Source of the DNA: Phycisphaerales bacterium
Lineage (GTDB): Bacteria; Planctomycetota; Phycisphaerae; UBA1845
Assembly: GCA_013140575.1 (NCBI GenBank)
Contig: JABFSN010000047.1
Coordinates: forward strand, 5,036-69,035
Length of the DNA: 64,000 bases
Direction: 5' to 3'
Shown here piece by piece: positions 17,138 to 26,770 of this stretch. The number at the start of each line of letters is the position of its first letter. Positions within the stretch are counted from its first letter, which is position 1. The translations under genes and the position numbers were made by a program. The notes beneath the pieces were generated by a model. That model was given only the letters and a program-made list of their open reading frames with translations. It searched no databases and had not been told where the DNA came from.

Positions 17138-18703
17138 CTATCGCTCTTCAACGGCAACGATTTCGATTTTCAGCCCGGTGATGACGTCCATGATGGCGAA
17201 CGCGATCTCGCCGATACCGACGTCGTTCAAGCCCGACGTGGCCAGCGCGATTCGTGCGGGGCTGCAATCGGTTTCGCGCAGGGCGGCGTCGAGGTCGATC
17301 CATTGGCCGGCAATGTTGAACTGCGTCCACATGTGGAAACCGAACACGTTGGTCTTACCGGCGAAACTCGGAACATAGGCCAGTCCCACAACCACCCGCG
17401 TGGGAATGCCGCGAGCGCGACCCAACGCGGCCAGCAGCACGGCATGTTCGGTGCAATCGCCCTCGCGGTTGCGGCACACTTCGCTGGCTGTGCCGAACCC
17501 GACGGCCAGGCTCTTTTCCTTTATGATATCGGTGACGTGGGTCCGCAGCCGGTCGGCCACGTAATAGGGTCGCGTTTCGTCGCCGGCGGCGTTGGCGGCC
17601 ATTTCGATGATGGCCGGGTCCTTGCTGTTGATCGACGCCGACGAAACCAGGAATTCGTTCAGCTCCTCGGACGGGGGGACGATGGGCGCGTCGCGCAGGG
17701 CCCGCGTGTCCACGCGGCGGACGCGCAGTTTGGCGCTCTGCGCGTCCGATTCGCCCGGTGTTTGCATGGCCGTCGGCGGCAGCGGCGGCAGCTTTCGCCC
17801 CGCGCCGTTCACGCGGATGGTGTAGTCGACAGCGGCCAGCGTGCCGCGATCCAGCGATCGATCAACGGGCACCAGCGTGTCCACGAAAAACTCCGGCGGG
17901 TTGAATTCGCGAAGGGCGATCTCCCGGTCGGCGGCCACCATGGTCATTTTCAGCCCGGCGATCTGCACTTCGACGCGCAGCGGATTCCCCTTGTCATCGA
18001 CGTAGGACACCGACGGCATCTCGCCCTGCGGCGTGGACAACGTCGAGCGGATTTCGACGGCCTCCCGTTGCTTGCCCAGCACGTCGATGGTCTTTTTCTC
18101 GCCGACCTCGAAATGAGCGCGGATGGGTTTTTCGGCGCTCATGGCCGGCTCGTAGACGTCGATATCGTACGTCGTTCCCGGCGCGAACCCCTTTTCGATG
18201 GTGATGCGATACGAACCCCAGGTCATCACCGCCCCGGGCGGGAATTCGCTCGTCTGATCGGTCGTCTGGCCGAATTGCGTGGTGCTTAATTTCACCTTCC
18301 CGTCCGCGATCACGCCGCGGGTGCGGGTTTCCACTATGCCCATCTTGGTGGCCGATTCGAATTCCCGCGGGTGGCCGTCGACCGTTTCTTCGGCCGTCTG
18401 CAGCATGGATATCTCGACCTTATTGTCGGCCCGGGCGATGCTGAAGACGGTCAGCATACGGGCGGTGATGGTGTCGCCGTTGCGGGTGATGGTGCTGTTG
18501 GCGTAGCCGACCTTTTCATCTCCCAGCATCAACAGCATCCAGTCGTCGGCGAACTGCCCCTGCGGCGGATCGAGCAGTTTCAACGGGTCGCCCGCGCGGA
18601 CCGGCGAACGGACGGCGACAAGCACGCCTATGAAAACGATGACCGTGAAGCGTCGAGTCAACAGTAAACGTCCATTCCCGACCGCGGAGCCGTTTCGATC
18701 CAT
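17138..18703 (-). CDS. secreted transglutaminase-like (cysteine protease fold) domain protein
   Basis: C-terminal core EGDCTEHAVLLAALGRARGIPTRVVVGLAY...FGFHMWTQ contains the Cys-His transglutaminase-core signature. N-terminal signal anchor. The start ATG directly follows the upstream stop (TAGATG). Confidence 0.8.
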   Translation of the reverse strand: MDRNGSAVGNGRLLLTRRFTVIVFIGVLVAVRSPVRAGDPLKLLDPPQGQFADDWMLLMLGDEKVGYANSTITRNGDTITARMLTVFSIARADNKVEISMLQTAEETVDGHPREFESATKMGIVETRTRGVIADGKVKLSTTQFGQTTDQTSEFPPGAVMTWGSYRITIEKGFAPGTTYDIDVYEPAMSAEKPIRAHFEVGEKKTIDVLGKQREAVEIRSTLSTPQGEMPSVSYVDDKGNPLRVEVQIAGLKMTMVAADREIALREFNPPEFFVDTLVPVDRSLDRGTLAAVDYTIRVNGAGRKLPPLPPTAMQTPGESDAQSAKLRVRRVDTRALRDAPIVPPSEELNEFLVSSASINSKDPAIIEMAANAAGDETRPYYVADRLRTHVTDIIKEKSLAVGFGTASEVCRNREGDCTEHAVLLAALGRARGIPTRVVVGLAYVPSFAGKTNVFGFHMWTQFNIAGQWIDLDAALRETDCSPARIALATSGLNDVGIGEIAFAIMDVITGLKIEIVAVEER

Positions 18704-19141
18704 CTATTCAACCTCGGAAATGATCTGTTTCGGGTCGCGCGGAACCAGCCGCTGGCCGGTGCAATCGATTAGCAGGTCCAGGTCTTCCATCACGATGGCG
18801 CCGATCAGGACCGATTCTCGCCCCGGCTCGACAATCGCGTTGAACACGCTTTCGCGACCTCCGTAGGAAAGGGAAATGCGCCGGGCGATCGGACGCACGG
18901 CCAAACGACCGTCGGCGTATCGAACCTGCGTGGTCCCGGACATTTCCAGGCCCAGCCGACGGGCGACGGCTTCGGGAATAACCAGCCGCGTCGCGCCGCT
19001 GTCCACGACCCCCCGGACGCGCTCCCGCCGAACTTGATCGGGTGTGATCAGGCTCGCGGACGCGCGCACAAGGTCTCCATCATTCGCCAGGTCAATTTCG
19101 ACCGAAAACCGCCCCATCGACTTTTCCTCACCACGGATCAT
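18704..19141 (-). CDS. retropepsin-like (clan AA) aspartic protease
   Basis: VVDSGATRLVIPEAVARRLGL contains the D-S/T-G-A active-site motif. Small single-domain protein. MGRFSVEIDL at 19117 is a likely alternative start. Confidence 0.75.
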   Translation of the reverse strand: MIRGEEKSMGRFSVEIDLANDGDLVRASASLITPDQVRRERVRGVVDSGATRLVIPEAVARRLGLEMSGTTQVRYADGRLAVRPIARRISLSYGGRESVFNAIVEPGRESVLIGAIVMEDLDLLIDCTGQRLVPRDPKQIISEVE

Positions 19142-19241
19142 CTTCGATGCCTTTCGTGTGCGCCTGAGGCCATCCCTCGTTTCACCAGCCTATCCGATCG
19201 GTTCCGGCACGGCTATTTAGTGACCCGCGCTCACCGTTCAA

Positions 19242-19889
19242 TCATCGCCCGACCGCGCGACACTCATCAAGCGACGGCAGCGGCCGCCGCCACAACCACG
19301 AAACGTCCAGCGACAATCCGGGAACGACCACGGACGACCAGACGCCGTTCCTCAATCCCCGGCGATCATAATTCCCGTCACGCAGAACGATGCCCTCGAA
19401 TCGCTTCTCGTCGGCGTCGATCAACCAGATTTCGGGCACGCGGCCTTCCTGGTAAGCGCGCAGCTTGTCACCACGATCGTACGCCCGCGTACTCGACGAA
19501 TGTATCTCCACAACCAGGTCCATCGGACCGTGCAAGCGCCCCCCGCGCACCCGGACTTCACCCGCGGTGCTCAAATACGACACGTCCGGCGAAAACCGCC
19601 GCAAGCCCAGTTGCATGACTGCGTTGGACCCGTACACGGTTCCCAGCCGGCGTCGGCTCGCAAATTCGCGAAGTAGCGAGCTGACGAACACGACCACTTG
19701 TTCATGCTCGAGCGAAGCCGGCGAATGAACGACCAATTCTCCTTCGAAATACTCGCACTTGAAGTCCTCGTCGTCGATCGCTTCGTAGTCCTCCGGAGTG
19801 GCCTCGTAGCTGCGCATCAGGAACGGGCGTTTCAGCATTCGCAGCGGTTCGCGCAAATCTTCGATCGAATCGGGTTCGACAACGGACAT
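19242..19889 (-). CDS. Uma2 family (DUF820) restriction-endonuclease-fold protein
   Basis: EYFEGELVVHSPASLEHEQV ... PDVSYL ... PMDLVVEIHSSSTRAYDRGDKLRAYQEGRVPEIWLID matches the PD-(D/E)xK Uma2 pattern. Confidence 0.8.
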   Translation of the reverse strand: MSVVEPDSIEDLREPLRMLKRPFLMRSYEATPEDYEAIDDEDFKCEYFEGELVVHSPASLEHEQVVVFVSSLLREFASRRRLGTVYGSNAVMQLGLRRFSPDVSYLSTAGEVRVRGGRLHGPMDLVVEIHSSSTRAYDRGDKLRAYQEGRVPEIWLIDADEKRFEGIVLRDGNYDRRGLRNGVWSSVVVPGLSLDVSWLWRRPLPSLDECRAVGR

Positions 19890-19985
19890 GATTCACCCCT
19901 TCCGTCCTGCGCCGGCATCCTTCTACCCGATGATATTGCCGGCGGGCGGGCGCCCACTGCGGTGACGCGTCAAAACGAATGACGA

Positions 19986-20741
19986 TCAGCGCTTGAAAAA
20001 CCGGCGGAACGCATACGCCGTCGCCTGCCGGCCGGCCTTGGCGATGGAGCGCGTTAGCGGGATGCCCTTGGGGCAGACCTTCACGCAGTTCTGTGCATTT
20101 CCGCAGTCGGCGATGCCGCCCGGACCGGTCAGAACTTCCATGCGTTTGTCCGCCTCGAAACGGCCAACGGGGTGCTCGTTGAACAGCACGGCCTGGCTGA
20201 TGGCCGCGGGGCCGATAAACGCCGAATGCTCGTGTACCTGCGGGCACGCCTCCACGCAGCAGCCGCACGACATGCACGTGGTCAGCGGATAGGTTTCTTC
20301 CTGCTCCTCCTGCGAGATGCGCGGACCCGGACCGCGGTCGAAATAGCCGTCGGCCGTAATCCACGCCCGCACTTTCTTCAGCGATTCAAACATCCGCGAC
20401 CGGTCCACCACCAGATCACGTTTCACCGGAAACTTGGTCATGGGCGCCAGCGTGATTTCCGGCCGGGCTTCCAGCAACGTGTCGACCAGCGCCGTACACG
20501 CCTGCCGCACGCGGCCATTGATGACCATCGAACACGCCCCGCAGACCTCTTCCAGACAGCAGGCGTCGTACGCGACGGGCGTGGTTTGTTCGCCGTCCGC
20601 GGTCGTGGGATGTGCGGCGATGCGTTGCAGCACCGTGGTCATGTTCATGCCCGGCTCGTATTCGACGGCGAAACACTCCTGATGCGCGCCGGAATGCGGG
20701 TTGTCCTGACGGGTGACGTGTACGTTGAATCTTCTGGACAT
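19986..20741 (-). CDS. sdhB: succinate dehydrogenase/fumarate reductase iron-sulfur subunit
   Basis: Cys clusters CCLEEVCGACSMVINGRVRQAC, CMSCGCCVEACP and CGNAQNCVKVCP. Met at 20741 lies 9 nt after the sdhA stop. The longer track ORF overlaps sdhA. Confidence 0.9.
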   Translation of the reverse strand: MSRRFNVHVTRQDNPHSGAHQECFAVEYEPGMNMTTVLQRIAAHPTTADGEQTTPVAYDACCLEEVCGACSMVINGRVRQACTALVDTLLEARPEITLAPMTKFPVKRDLVVDRSRMFESLKKVRAWITADGYFDRGPGPRISQEEQEETYPLTTCMSCGCCVEACPQVHEHSAFIGPAAISQAVLFNEHPVGRFEADKRMEVLTGPGGIADCGNAQNCVKVCPKGIPLTRSIAKAGRQATAYAFRRFFKR

Positions 20742-20749
20742 GGTGTTTC

Positions 20750-22738
20750 CTACGCGCCCGCCGCAACCGGCGCTCCACCGCGCTTCACGCGCTCTCCGCG
20801 GGACCGGATGCGTTCCCGCCACACTTCCTCGATGATCTCGGCGCCTTTCAGTCCGTACGTCCGCGGCCGGGGCGGGATCAACGATGTATCGACTTCTTCG
20901 GTGCTGAACCGCGGACCGTCAGGCGAATAGGCGGCGATGGTCGTTTTCAGCCACTTGTCGTTCTTTTCGGCGAAACGGTCGCACCATGTTTCGGCCTGCC
21001 GGCGCAGCCCGGCCGGATCGTCGGCGTCGGCTTGTGGAATGTCGAAATCGGGCTTGTAATGGGCGCCCCGGCACTCGTCGCGGCGGAGCGCGCCCTCGGC
21101 GATCGCGCGGGCCAGCAGAATCATATCGCCCAACGCGCGTGCGAAGCTCAGATTCTGATTCGTCCAGTCGCCTTTGTCGGACAGCGACACCCGTTTGTAT
21201 CGATCGTGCAACTCGTCGATCTTGGCCACCGTCTCTTTTAAGGCCTTGTTATACCGCACGACGGTGACATTACGTGTCATCACGTCACCCAGCTCCTGGT
21301 GCAGCAAATAGGGGTTTTCGTCGCCGACGTTGTTGATCAAATCGTCGCACGCCTGCCGGTGCTTGGCCGTTTCGCCTTCGAAAAGCGACGCGGGACGGTC
21401 GCGTCCGGACTTGGGAATGGCGTTTATATAATTGCGAATGGTCGGGGCGACGATCATGCCCGCGAAAATGCAACTCAACAGCGAATTCGCCCCCAGACGG
21501 TTGGCGCCGTGGTATTGATAGTCGGCCTCGCCGATCGCATACAACCCCTGCACATTCGTCTGCTGGTTGCGCGGCGACCCCATTTTCAGCCCGCCGGTTG
21601 CGTCGTCGCGTTCGTAATCGCACCATAAACCGCCCATGCTGTAATGAACGGCCGGGAAAATCTTCATCGGCTCGGTACGCGGGTCGACGCCCTGGAACTT
21701 CTCGTAGATTTCGAGAATGCCGTCCAGTTTCTTTTGCGCTTCCGGCGTCAGATGGGTCACGTCCAAATAGACGCACAAACGGTCCTTCTCGGCGCTTAAC
21801 TTGTGGTTGACGCAGATGTCGAATATCTCGCGCGTGGCGATGTCCCGCGGAACCAAGTTGCCGTACTTCGGATAGCGCTCTTCCAGGAAATAATACCGTT
21901 CCGACGGCGGAATCGATTTTGGGTCGCGCGGATCCTGCGGCGTACGCGGCACCCACACGCGGCCGCCCTCGCCCCGGGCGCTCTCGCTCATCAAGCGCAG
22001 TTTGTCCGTCCCGGGGATCGCCGTCGGGTGTACCTGAATAAATTCGCCGTTGGCATACTTGACGCCGGCCTTGTAGACGCGGCCCGCCGCCCCGCCCGTG
22101 CAGATCATGGACATGGTGCTGCGGCCGTATACCAATCCACAGCCACCCGTGGCCATAACCACAGCGTCGGCCGGAAACGCCCGTACTTCCATGCTGAACA
22201 TGTCCTGGGCGACCGCGCCGCAGCAAACGCCGTTCGTGTCCAGCACTGGTCCCAGGAATTCCCAGTATTCGAATTTGCTGATCAGACCCTCCGATTCCCA
22301 CCGGCGACATTGTTCGTCAAGTGCGTACAGCAGTTGTTGTCCGGTGGTCGCGCCGGCGAACGCGGTCCGCTTGAACAGCGTGCCGCCGAATCGCCGCTGG
22401 TCGCGGTATCCTTCCGGCGTGCGGTTGAACGCCACGCCGAGACGGTCGAGCAAATCAATGATGCGCGGGCCCCAGTCGCACATTTCCTTGACCGGCGGCT
22501 GATGTTGCAGAAAATCTCCGCCGTAAACGGTATCGTCGAAATGCAGCCCTTCGTTGTCGCCTTGTTCGCGGGTGGCCGCGTTGACGCTGTTGATGCCGCC
22601 CTGGGCGCAGACGCTGTGCGATCGCTTGACCGGCACCATGCTGATCAAATCGCAGTGGATGTCGGTCTCGGCCAGGCGCATGGCCGCCGCCAGTCCGGCC
22701 AACCCGCCCCCCACGACGACGACGTTTTGTTTGGCCAT
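20750..22738 (-). CDS. sdhA: succinate dehydrogenase/fumarate reductase flavoprotein subunit
   Basis: N-terminal FAD fold VVVVGGGLAGLAAA. HSVCAQGGIN, HPTAIPG and RLGANSL motifs. 662 aa. Confidence 0.95.
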   Translation of the reverse strand: MAKQNVVVVGGGLAGLAAAMRLAETDIHCDLISMVPVKRSHSVCAQGGINSVNAATREQGDNEGLHFDDTVYGGDFLQHQPPVKEMCDWGPRIIDLLDRLGVAFNRTPEGYRDQRRFGGTLFKRTAFAGATTGQQLLYALDEQCRRWESEGLISKFEYWEFLGPVLDTNGVCCGAVAQDMFSMEVRAFPADAVVMATGGCGLVYGRSTMSMICTGGAAGRVYKAGVKYANGEFIQVHPTAIPGTDKLRLMSESARGEGGRVWVPRTPQDPRDPKSIPPSERYYFLEERYPKYGNLVPRDIATREIFDICVNHKLSAEKDRLCVYLDVTHLTPEAQKKLDGILEIYEKFQGVDPRTEPMKIFPAVHYSMGGLWCDYERDDATGGLKMGSPRNQQTNVQGLYAIGEADYQYHGANRLGANSLLSCIFAGMIVAPTIRNYINAIPKSGRDRPASLFEGETAKHRQACDDLINNVGDENPYLLHQELGDVMTRNVTVVRYNKALKETVAKIDELHDRYKRVSLSDKGDWTNQNLSFARALGDMILLARAIAEGALRRDECRGAHYKPDFDIPQADADDPAGLRRQAETWCDRFAEKNDKWLKTTIAAYSPDGPRFSTEEVDTSLIPPRPRTYGLKGAEIIEEVWRERIRSRGERVKRGGAPVAAGA

Positions 22739-22744
22739 GATGGG

Positions 22745-23533
22745 TTATCCTGAATGCGAGCCCGCAGGAGGCGTATCCTCGGCGGACTGCATCGCCGACG
22801 CGACCGCGGCGGCCTTGGTGTCCAGCCGGGCGAAATTATAGACCGCCGACAGGCCGGCCAGCCCCAGCAACAATCCAAATGCCGTGCAGGCATACCCCGA
22901 AACGCGCTGCGACGACGGTCCGATGGTCAGACCCCAGGTGATGAGCGCCGTCCAGATGCCATTGGCCAGGTGGTAGACCGTGGAAATGACGCCGATGCCG
23001 TACAATGTCGCCACGGGTATCACCCAAACCGAATCCTGTAGACCCGCGGCGGCGGTGGAGGCCGCGTCGTGCGGGTCGAACACGCCGCCGCCGAACGTGC
23101 TGCCCAGCCAGTGCATCTGCCATAGGTGATACACGATGAACACGAACGCGATGCCCCCGGTGACGCGCTGCAACGTATAACGGTAGTTGGCGCCATAGGG
23201 ATACGCCGCCGAATTGGGCCGACCGGAAAACCAGATCTGAAAACCCATCAGGGCGTGGAACAACAGGGGCAGAAAAATGCCGACGATTTCGACCGGCACC
23301 AGCACCGGTCCCAGGTCGTGGATGCGGTTCACCTGTTTCTGGAATTCGCCGGCACCCGCGCCGATGGACGCGTTTACCGACAGGTGCATGATGACAAATA
23401 CGCCGACGGGGACGATCCCGGCCAGCGAATGCAGCCGGCGCAACAGAAAATGGTGCCGTTCGGCGAACGACGGCGTAACCGGTGATGTTTCGGCGTGCCC
23501 CACGCGGTGCGTCCTTTCTGACGTGGAACCCAT
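22745..23533 (-). CDS. sdhC: succinate dehydrogenase cytochrome b558 subunit
   Basis: Five-helix membrane protein with FLLRRLHSLAGIVPVGVFVIMHL and conserved His residues. Located immediately upstream of sdhA. Confidence 0.8.
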   Translation of the reverse strand: MGSTSERTHRVGHAETSPVTPSFAERHHFLLRRLHSLAGIVPVGVFVIMHLSVNASIGAGAGEFQKQVNRIHDLGPVLVPVEIVGIFLPLLFHALMGFQIWFSGRPNSAAYPYGANYRYTLQRVTGGIAFVFIVYHLWQMHWLGSTFGGGVFDPHDAASTAAAGLQDSVWVIPVATLYGIGVISTVYHLANGIWTALITWGLTIGPSSQRVSGYACTAFGLLLGLAGLSAVYNFARLDTKAAAVASAMQSAEDTPPAGSHSG

Positions 23534-23642
23534 GCCCGCTGCGCTTCAACACGGCGGGCGTCGGCAGTATAGTAATGCCGGCGATCGGGCGTCAACCACC
23601 CAACGTAAACCCACGGGGTTGCCCGGCGCGGTGTGATCGATC

Positions 23643-24134
23643 ATGGTTGCCGAACATGGTGATGCGCCCCATGCGTTGGGACCGTTGGTCCTGCGGCGTT
23701 CCATGGTCCATCCGGTGCAGTCGCGGATGATGGCGCTGGCCGTTTTGGCGGCGTTGCTGGCGCCGCTGGCGGTCGCGGGTGGATTGGAACCCGATGAGCA
23801 CGGCGTGGGCACGCACCGGCAACTCGGTATGTCGAGTTGCGCGTTGCTGGTCCTGACCGGCGTCCCGTGTCCGACGTGCGGAATGACCACGGCGTGCGCA
23901 TTGGCCGTTCGTGGCCGGTGGATGGCGTCGCTGCGGACGCAACCAGCCGGGTGTTTGCTGGCGGCGTCGCTGATGATCGGCGCGCTGGTCACCGTCGCCG
24001 GTCTGATGACCGGCAACGTGTGGTCGATCAACTGGTTTCGCGTGCGTCCCCTGTGGGCCGCGGCCGGTGCGGTTTTGTTTTTCATCGCGGCGTGGGGATA
24101 CAAGATCATCGCCGTGCGGAATGCGGCCGGCTGA
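23643..24134 (+). CDS. DUF2752-like membrane protein
   Basis: CALLVLTGVPCPTCGMTTA motif followed by TM segments. The start is uncertain. Confidence 0.6.
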   Translation: MVAEHGDAPHALGPLVLRRSMVHPVQSRMMALAVLAALLAPLAVAGGLEPDEHGVGTHRQLGMSSCALLVLTGVPCPTCGMTTACALAVRGRWMASLRTQPAGCLLAASLMIGALVTVAGLMTGNVWSINWFRVRPLWAAAGAVLFFIAAWGYKIIAVRNAAG

Positions 24135-24162
24135 TGTCGGACGCGGCGACGAGGTGGCGTGC

Positions 24163-24792
24163 ATGTTGAAGCGACGTAGCGTGCTGCGATTGTTGATCGG
24201 GACTGCGACCGCCGCTTGCGGCTGCAATCTGACTGCACCGTTCATTTTCCTCGGCGAGCACAAGAAATCGGTGCCGGCGGAGTTCGACAAGCTTCAGGCC
24301 AAGCGGGTGGCCGTGCTGGTCTGGGCCCAACCTGAAACCCTGTTCGACTATCCGCACGTACGGCTGGAATTGAGCGCGTACGCGAGCGAGCGCATCCGAT
24401 CGGGGGTCAAGGATTGTGACGTCGTCGATCCCTACAAAATCGAGGATTATCTGGCCCGGAATCCCGGCGCGACGGTGGATCCGCGAAAGGTCGGCGCCCA
24501 ATTCGAGGTCGACATGGTCGTTTACGTCGAACTGCTGCAATTCCAGATCCGCGACCCGTCGTCGCCCGACCTGGTTCAGGGCAAGGTCGGCGGGTCGGTC
24601 ACGGTGTACGATCTGCGGGCCGATCCGGATGAAACTTCGCGATTCGTGCTGTCGCCGATTCAGGTAACGGTTCCGGAAGGCCAGCCCATGCTGATGACGT
24701 CGCAGAACGCGCAGGCCATCCGGCAGCAGGCCTACGAACAGTTCGGCGAACGCGTCGGACGGTTGTTCCACAAGCATTCGGTGGAACTATAA
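24163..24792 (+). CDS. lipoprotein, unknown function (paralog 1)
   Basis: MLKRRSVLRLLIGTATAACG lipoprotein signal from the Met at 24163. Similar in length and motif order to the next gene. Confidence 0.65.
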   Translation: MLKRRSVLRLLIGTATAACGCNLTAPFIFLGEHKKSVPAEFDKLQAKRVAVLVWAQPETLFDYPHVRLELSAYASERIRSGVKDCDVVDPYKIEDYLARNPGATVDPRKVGAQFEVDMVVYVELLQFQIRDPSSPDLVQGKVGGSVTVYDLRADPDETSRFVLSPIQVTVPEGQPMLMTSQNAQAIRQQAYEQFGERVGRLFHKHSVEL

Positions 24793-25599
24793 ATGTGCCG
24801 CATCGGCCGTCAGAATTACGACCTCGGTGGGTGGCACGGACAACGGTACTCCGTTGTCCGTGTTGGCGATGCGGTAACGTCGGAATCGTCGCAATCCGCG
24901 AACAAACGAATACACGGGCAAGCGGGTACGCTTGCCCGTGCCACCCGGCGAAATCGCGTTTGCCTATGGCTGATCGCGGCCACAGGAACGGCGGGTGGTT
25001 GCGGTTATTCCGGCGGCAAGGCCTGGTTCATGTCGGGGCTGTTCAAGCGGCCCACGATCGAGGCCGGTTTCGAATTCGGCGAAGGGCCGGTGGCCGTGTT
25101 GGTCGACGATTTCCAGGAACAATGCTATTGGCCCGGCGCGACGCACCTGTTGGCCGAGAAGGTCGTTCAGGCGTTGCTGGACCAAAACGTCGCCAAGATT
25201 GTGATCCCGGCGTCGCACATGCACCAGTTGCGACAGGGCGATCCGGATTTCGACGAGAAATCGGCCGCCGCCGTCGGGCGGCTGGTGAATGCCGATCAAT
25301 TGTTGTTGTTGGAGATTCGCTCGTTCGACGCCACGGAAACGCCCACCGAGGCGAGCGCGGCCGCCCGGATGAGTGTGGCCGCCAAGGTCATCAACGTGCT
25401 TGAAAACAACGACCGCGCCAAGGTGCGGTTGTGGCCGAGATCGCACGAGGGCGAAGTCATCGAGGCCGACATCACGGCCGCCGCGATCACGCGGGCGAAA
25501 TCACGCGAAGCCATTCTCGATGAACTGACCAAGGCGCTGGCGGAGCGTGTCGTCAGGCGGTTCTACGACCGCCCGATGGAAGACTTCGAAAAGGGATGA
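24793..25599 (+). CDS. lipoprotein-like protein, unknown function (paralog 2); start codon unresolved
   Basis: Mature part aligns with paralog 1 (VAVLV..., C-terminal helix). Lipoprotein-type signal RRNRVCLWLIAATGTAGGCG begins about codon 52 of the ORF. No ATG/GTG/TTG lies in frame between 24796 and that signal. A palindromic unit lies in this 5' stretch. Confidence 0.55.
   Translation: MCRIGRQNYDLGGWHGQRYSVVRVGDAVTSESSQSANKRIHGQAGTLARATRRNRVCLWLIAATGTAGGCGYSGGKAWFMSGLFKRPTIEAGFEFGEGPVAVLVDDFQEQCYWPGATHLLAEKVVQALLDQNVAKIVIPASHMHQLRQGDPDFDEKSAAAVGRLVNADQLLLLEIRSFDATETPTEASAAARMSVAAKVINVLENNDRAKVRLWPRSHEGEVIEADITAAAITRAKSREAILDELTKALAERVVRRFYDRPMEDFEKG
24908..24950 (+). repeat. 45-bp palindromic unit (CACGGGCAAGCG-GGTA-CGCTTGCCCGTG + CCACCCGGCG)
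   Basis: Perfect 12-bp arms at 24913-24924 and 24929-24940. Identical arms occur at 59408-59435 and, split, at 51538-51713. Confidence 0.85.
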
Positions 25600-26747
25600 C
25601 CCGCGTTCTGCATGTGTTCGACGGCGCCGCGGATTGGGAAGAGCGCATCGCCATCCGCCAGTTGATCTCCGCGACCGGCGGCGATCACACCCACGTCGTC
25701 GCATCGGTCGATGCGCGAATCCCGCCGTCCGACTGGTTTGAATCCGTTTGCGTCCGGAGGATTTTCGCCGCCGTCGGACCCGCGTTTCTGGCCGGGCCGG
25801 CGTTCCGAAGGCTAATCGATGCCGAAAACGTGGGCCTGATCCACGCATGGGGAACGCGCGCGGTCAGAATCGCCGCCGGTGCCGCCCGCGCGGCCGGCAT
25901 CGCCTTCGTTCTGACCCGCAACAACCCCGCAATGACGGAAGTCGAGTCCAAACTGATCCGCACCGTCGCATCGTCTCCTCGATTCGGCATGGCGTGCGCC
26001 AGCGGCACGGTCCGCCGCCGCATGATCGAGCACGGGGTCGACGCCGATCGGTGCGTGCTGATTCGCCCGGGGGTCGATTTTGCGGCGATCAACAGGGCCC
26101 GCGGCGACGGAACGATTCGCGCTCGCCTTGGAATTGAACCGGACCATCGCGTGGTGGTGACGTCGCCGCTGCACAGGCGGGCCCTCGACCGAGTGATGTG
26201 GGCGGGGCAGTTGTTGTCGCACATCGACGATCGCGTTCGCATGGTGATCTACGGGGGCGGCGCCGCCGCCGAAAGGCTGTCGCGGTTGGCCGCGCCAATG
26301 CCGCAGGCCGGTGCCGTGGCGTTTGTCGGCGGATCGTGCCGTTACGAGGATTGGATTTCGGTGGCCGACGTGCACCTGATCGCACCCGACGACGATGCGG
26401 TCCGCCGCGGTTCGCCGAACGGCGACGTATCGACCACATCGATCGCCTGGGCCATGGCCGCCGGCGTGCCGGTCGTCGGGTCGGCCGTCTACGCGGTGGC
26501 CGAATTGATTTCGCACAAACAGAACGGACTGCTGGTGAAGCCTGAACGCGGCCCGCGGATGGCGACGCGGATCGCATCGTGCTTGATGGACGCGGGCGAT
26601 GCGCGGCGGATGTGCGAAACCGCCCGCGGGCAGGCCTATCAGGTGTTCGGCGTCCGCCGGTTCGTTGATCAGTACCGCCAATTGTATCGCAACGTGACGG
26701 ACGGCGCCCCCGCCCACCGCGACATCAAGGACCCGGCGCTGACGTAA
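25596..26747 (+). CDS. glycosyltransferase family 4 (GT-B, group 1)
   Basis: C-terminal GT1 region with WAMAAGVPVVGSAVYAVAELISHKQNGLLV. ATGA overlap with the upstream gene. Confidence 0.8.
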   Translation: MTRVLHVFDGAADWEERIAIRQLISATGGDHTHVVASVDARIPPSDWFESVCVRRIFAAVGPAFLAGPAFRRLIDAENVGLIHAWGTRAVRIAAGAARAAGIAFVLTRNNPAMTEVESKLIRTVASSPRFGMACASGTVRRRMIEHGVDADRCVLIRPGVDFAAINRARGDGTIRARLGIEPDHRVVVTSPLHRRALDRVMWAGQLLSHIDDRVRMVIYGGGAAAERLSRLAAPMPQAGAVAFVGGSCRYEDWISVADVHLIAPDDDAVRRGSPNGDVSTTSIAWAMAAGVPVVGSAVYAVAELISHKQNGLLVKPERGPRMATRIASCLMDAGDARRMCETARGQAYQVFGVRRFVDQYRQLYRNVTDGAPAHRDIKDPALT

Positions 26748-26770
26748 TCGCGGCCCGCTTCCGATGGGTT

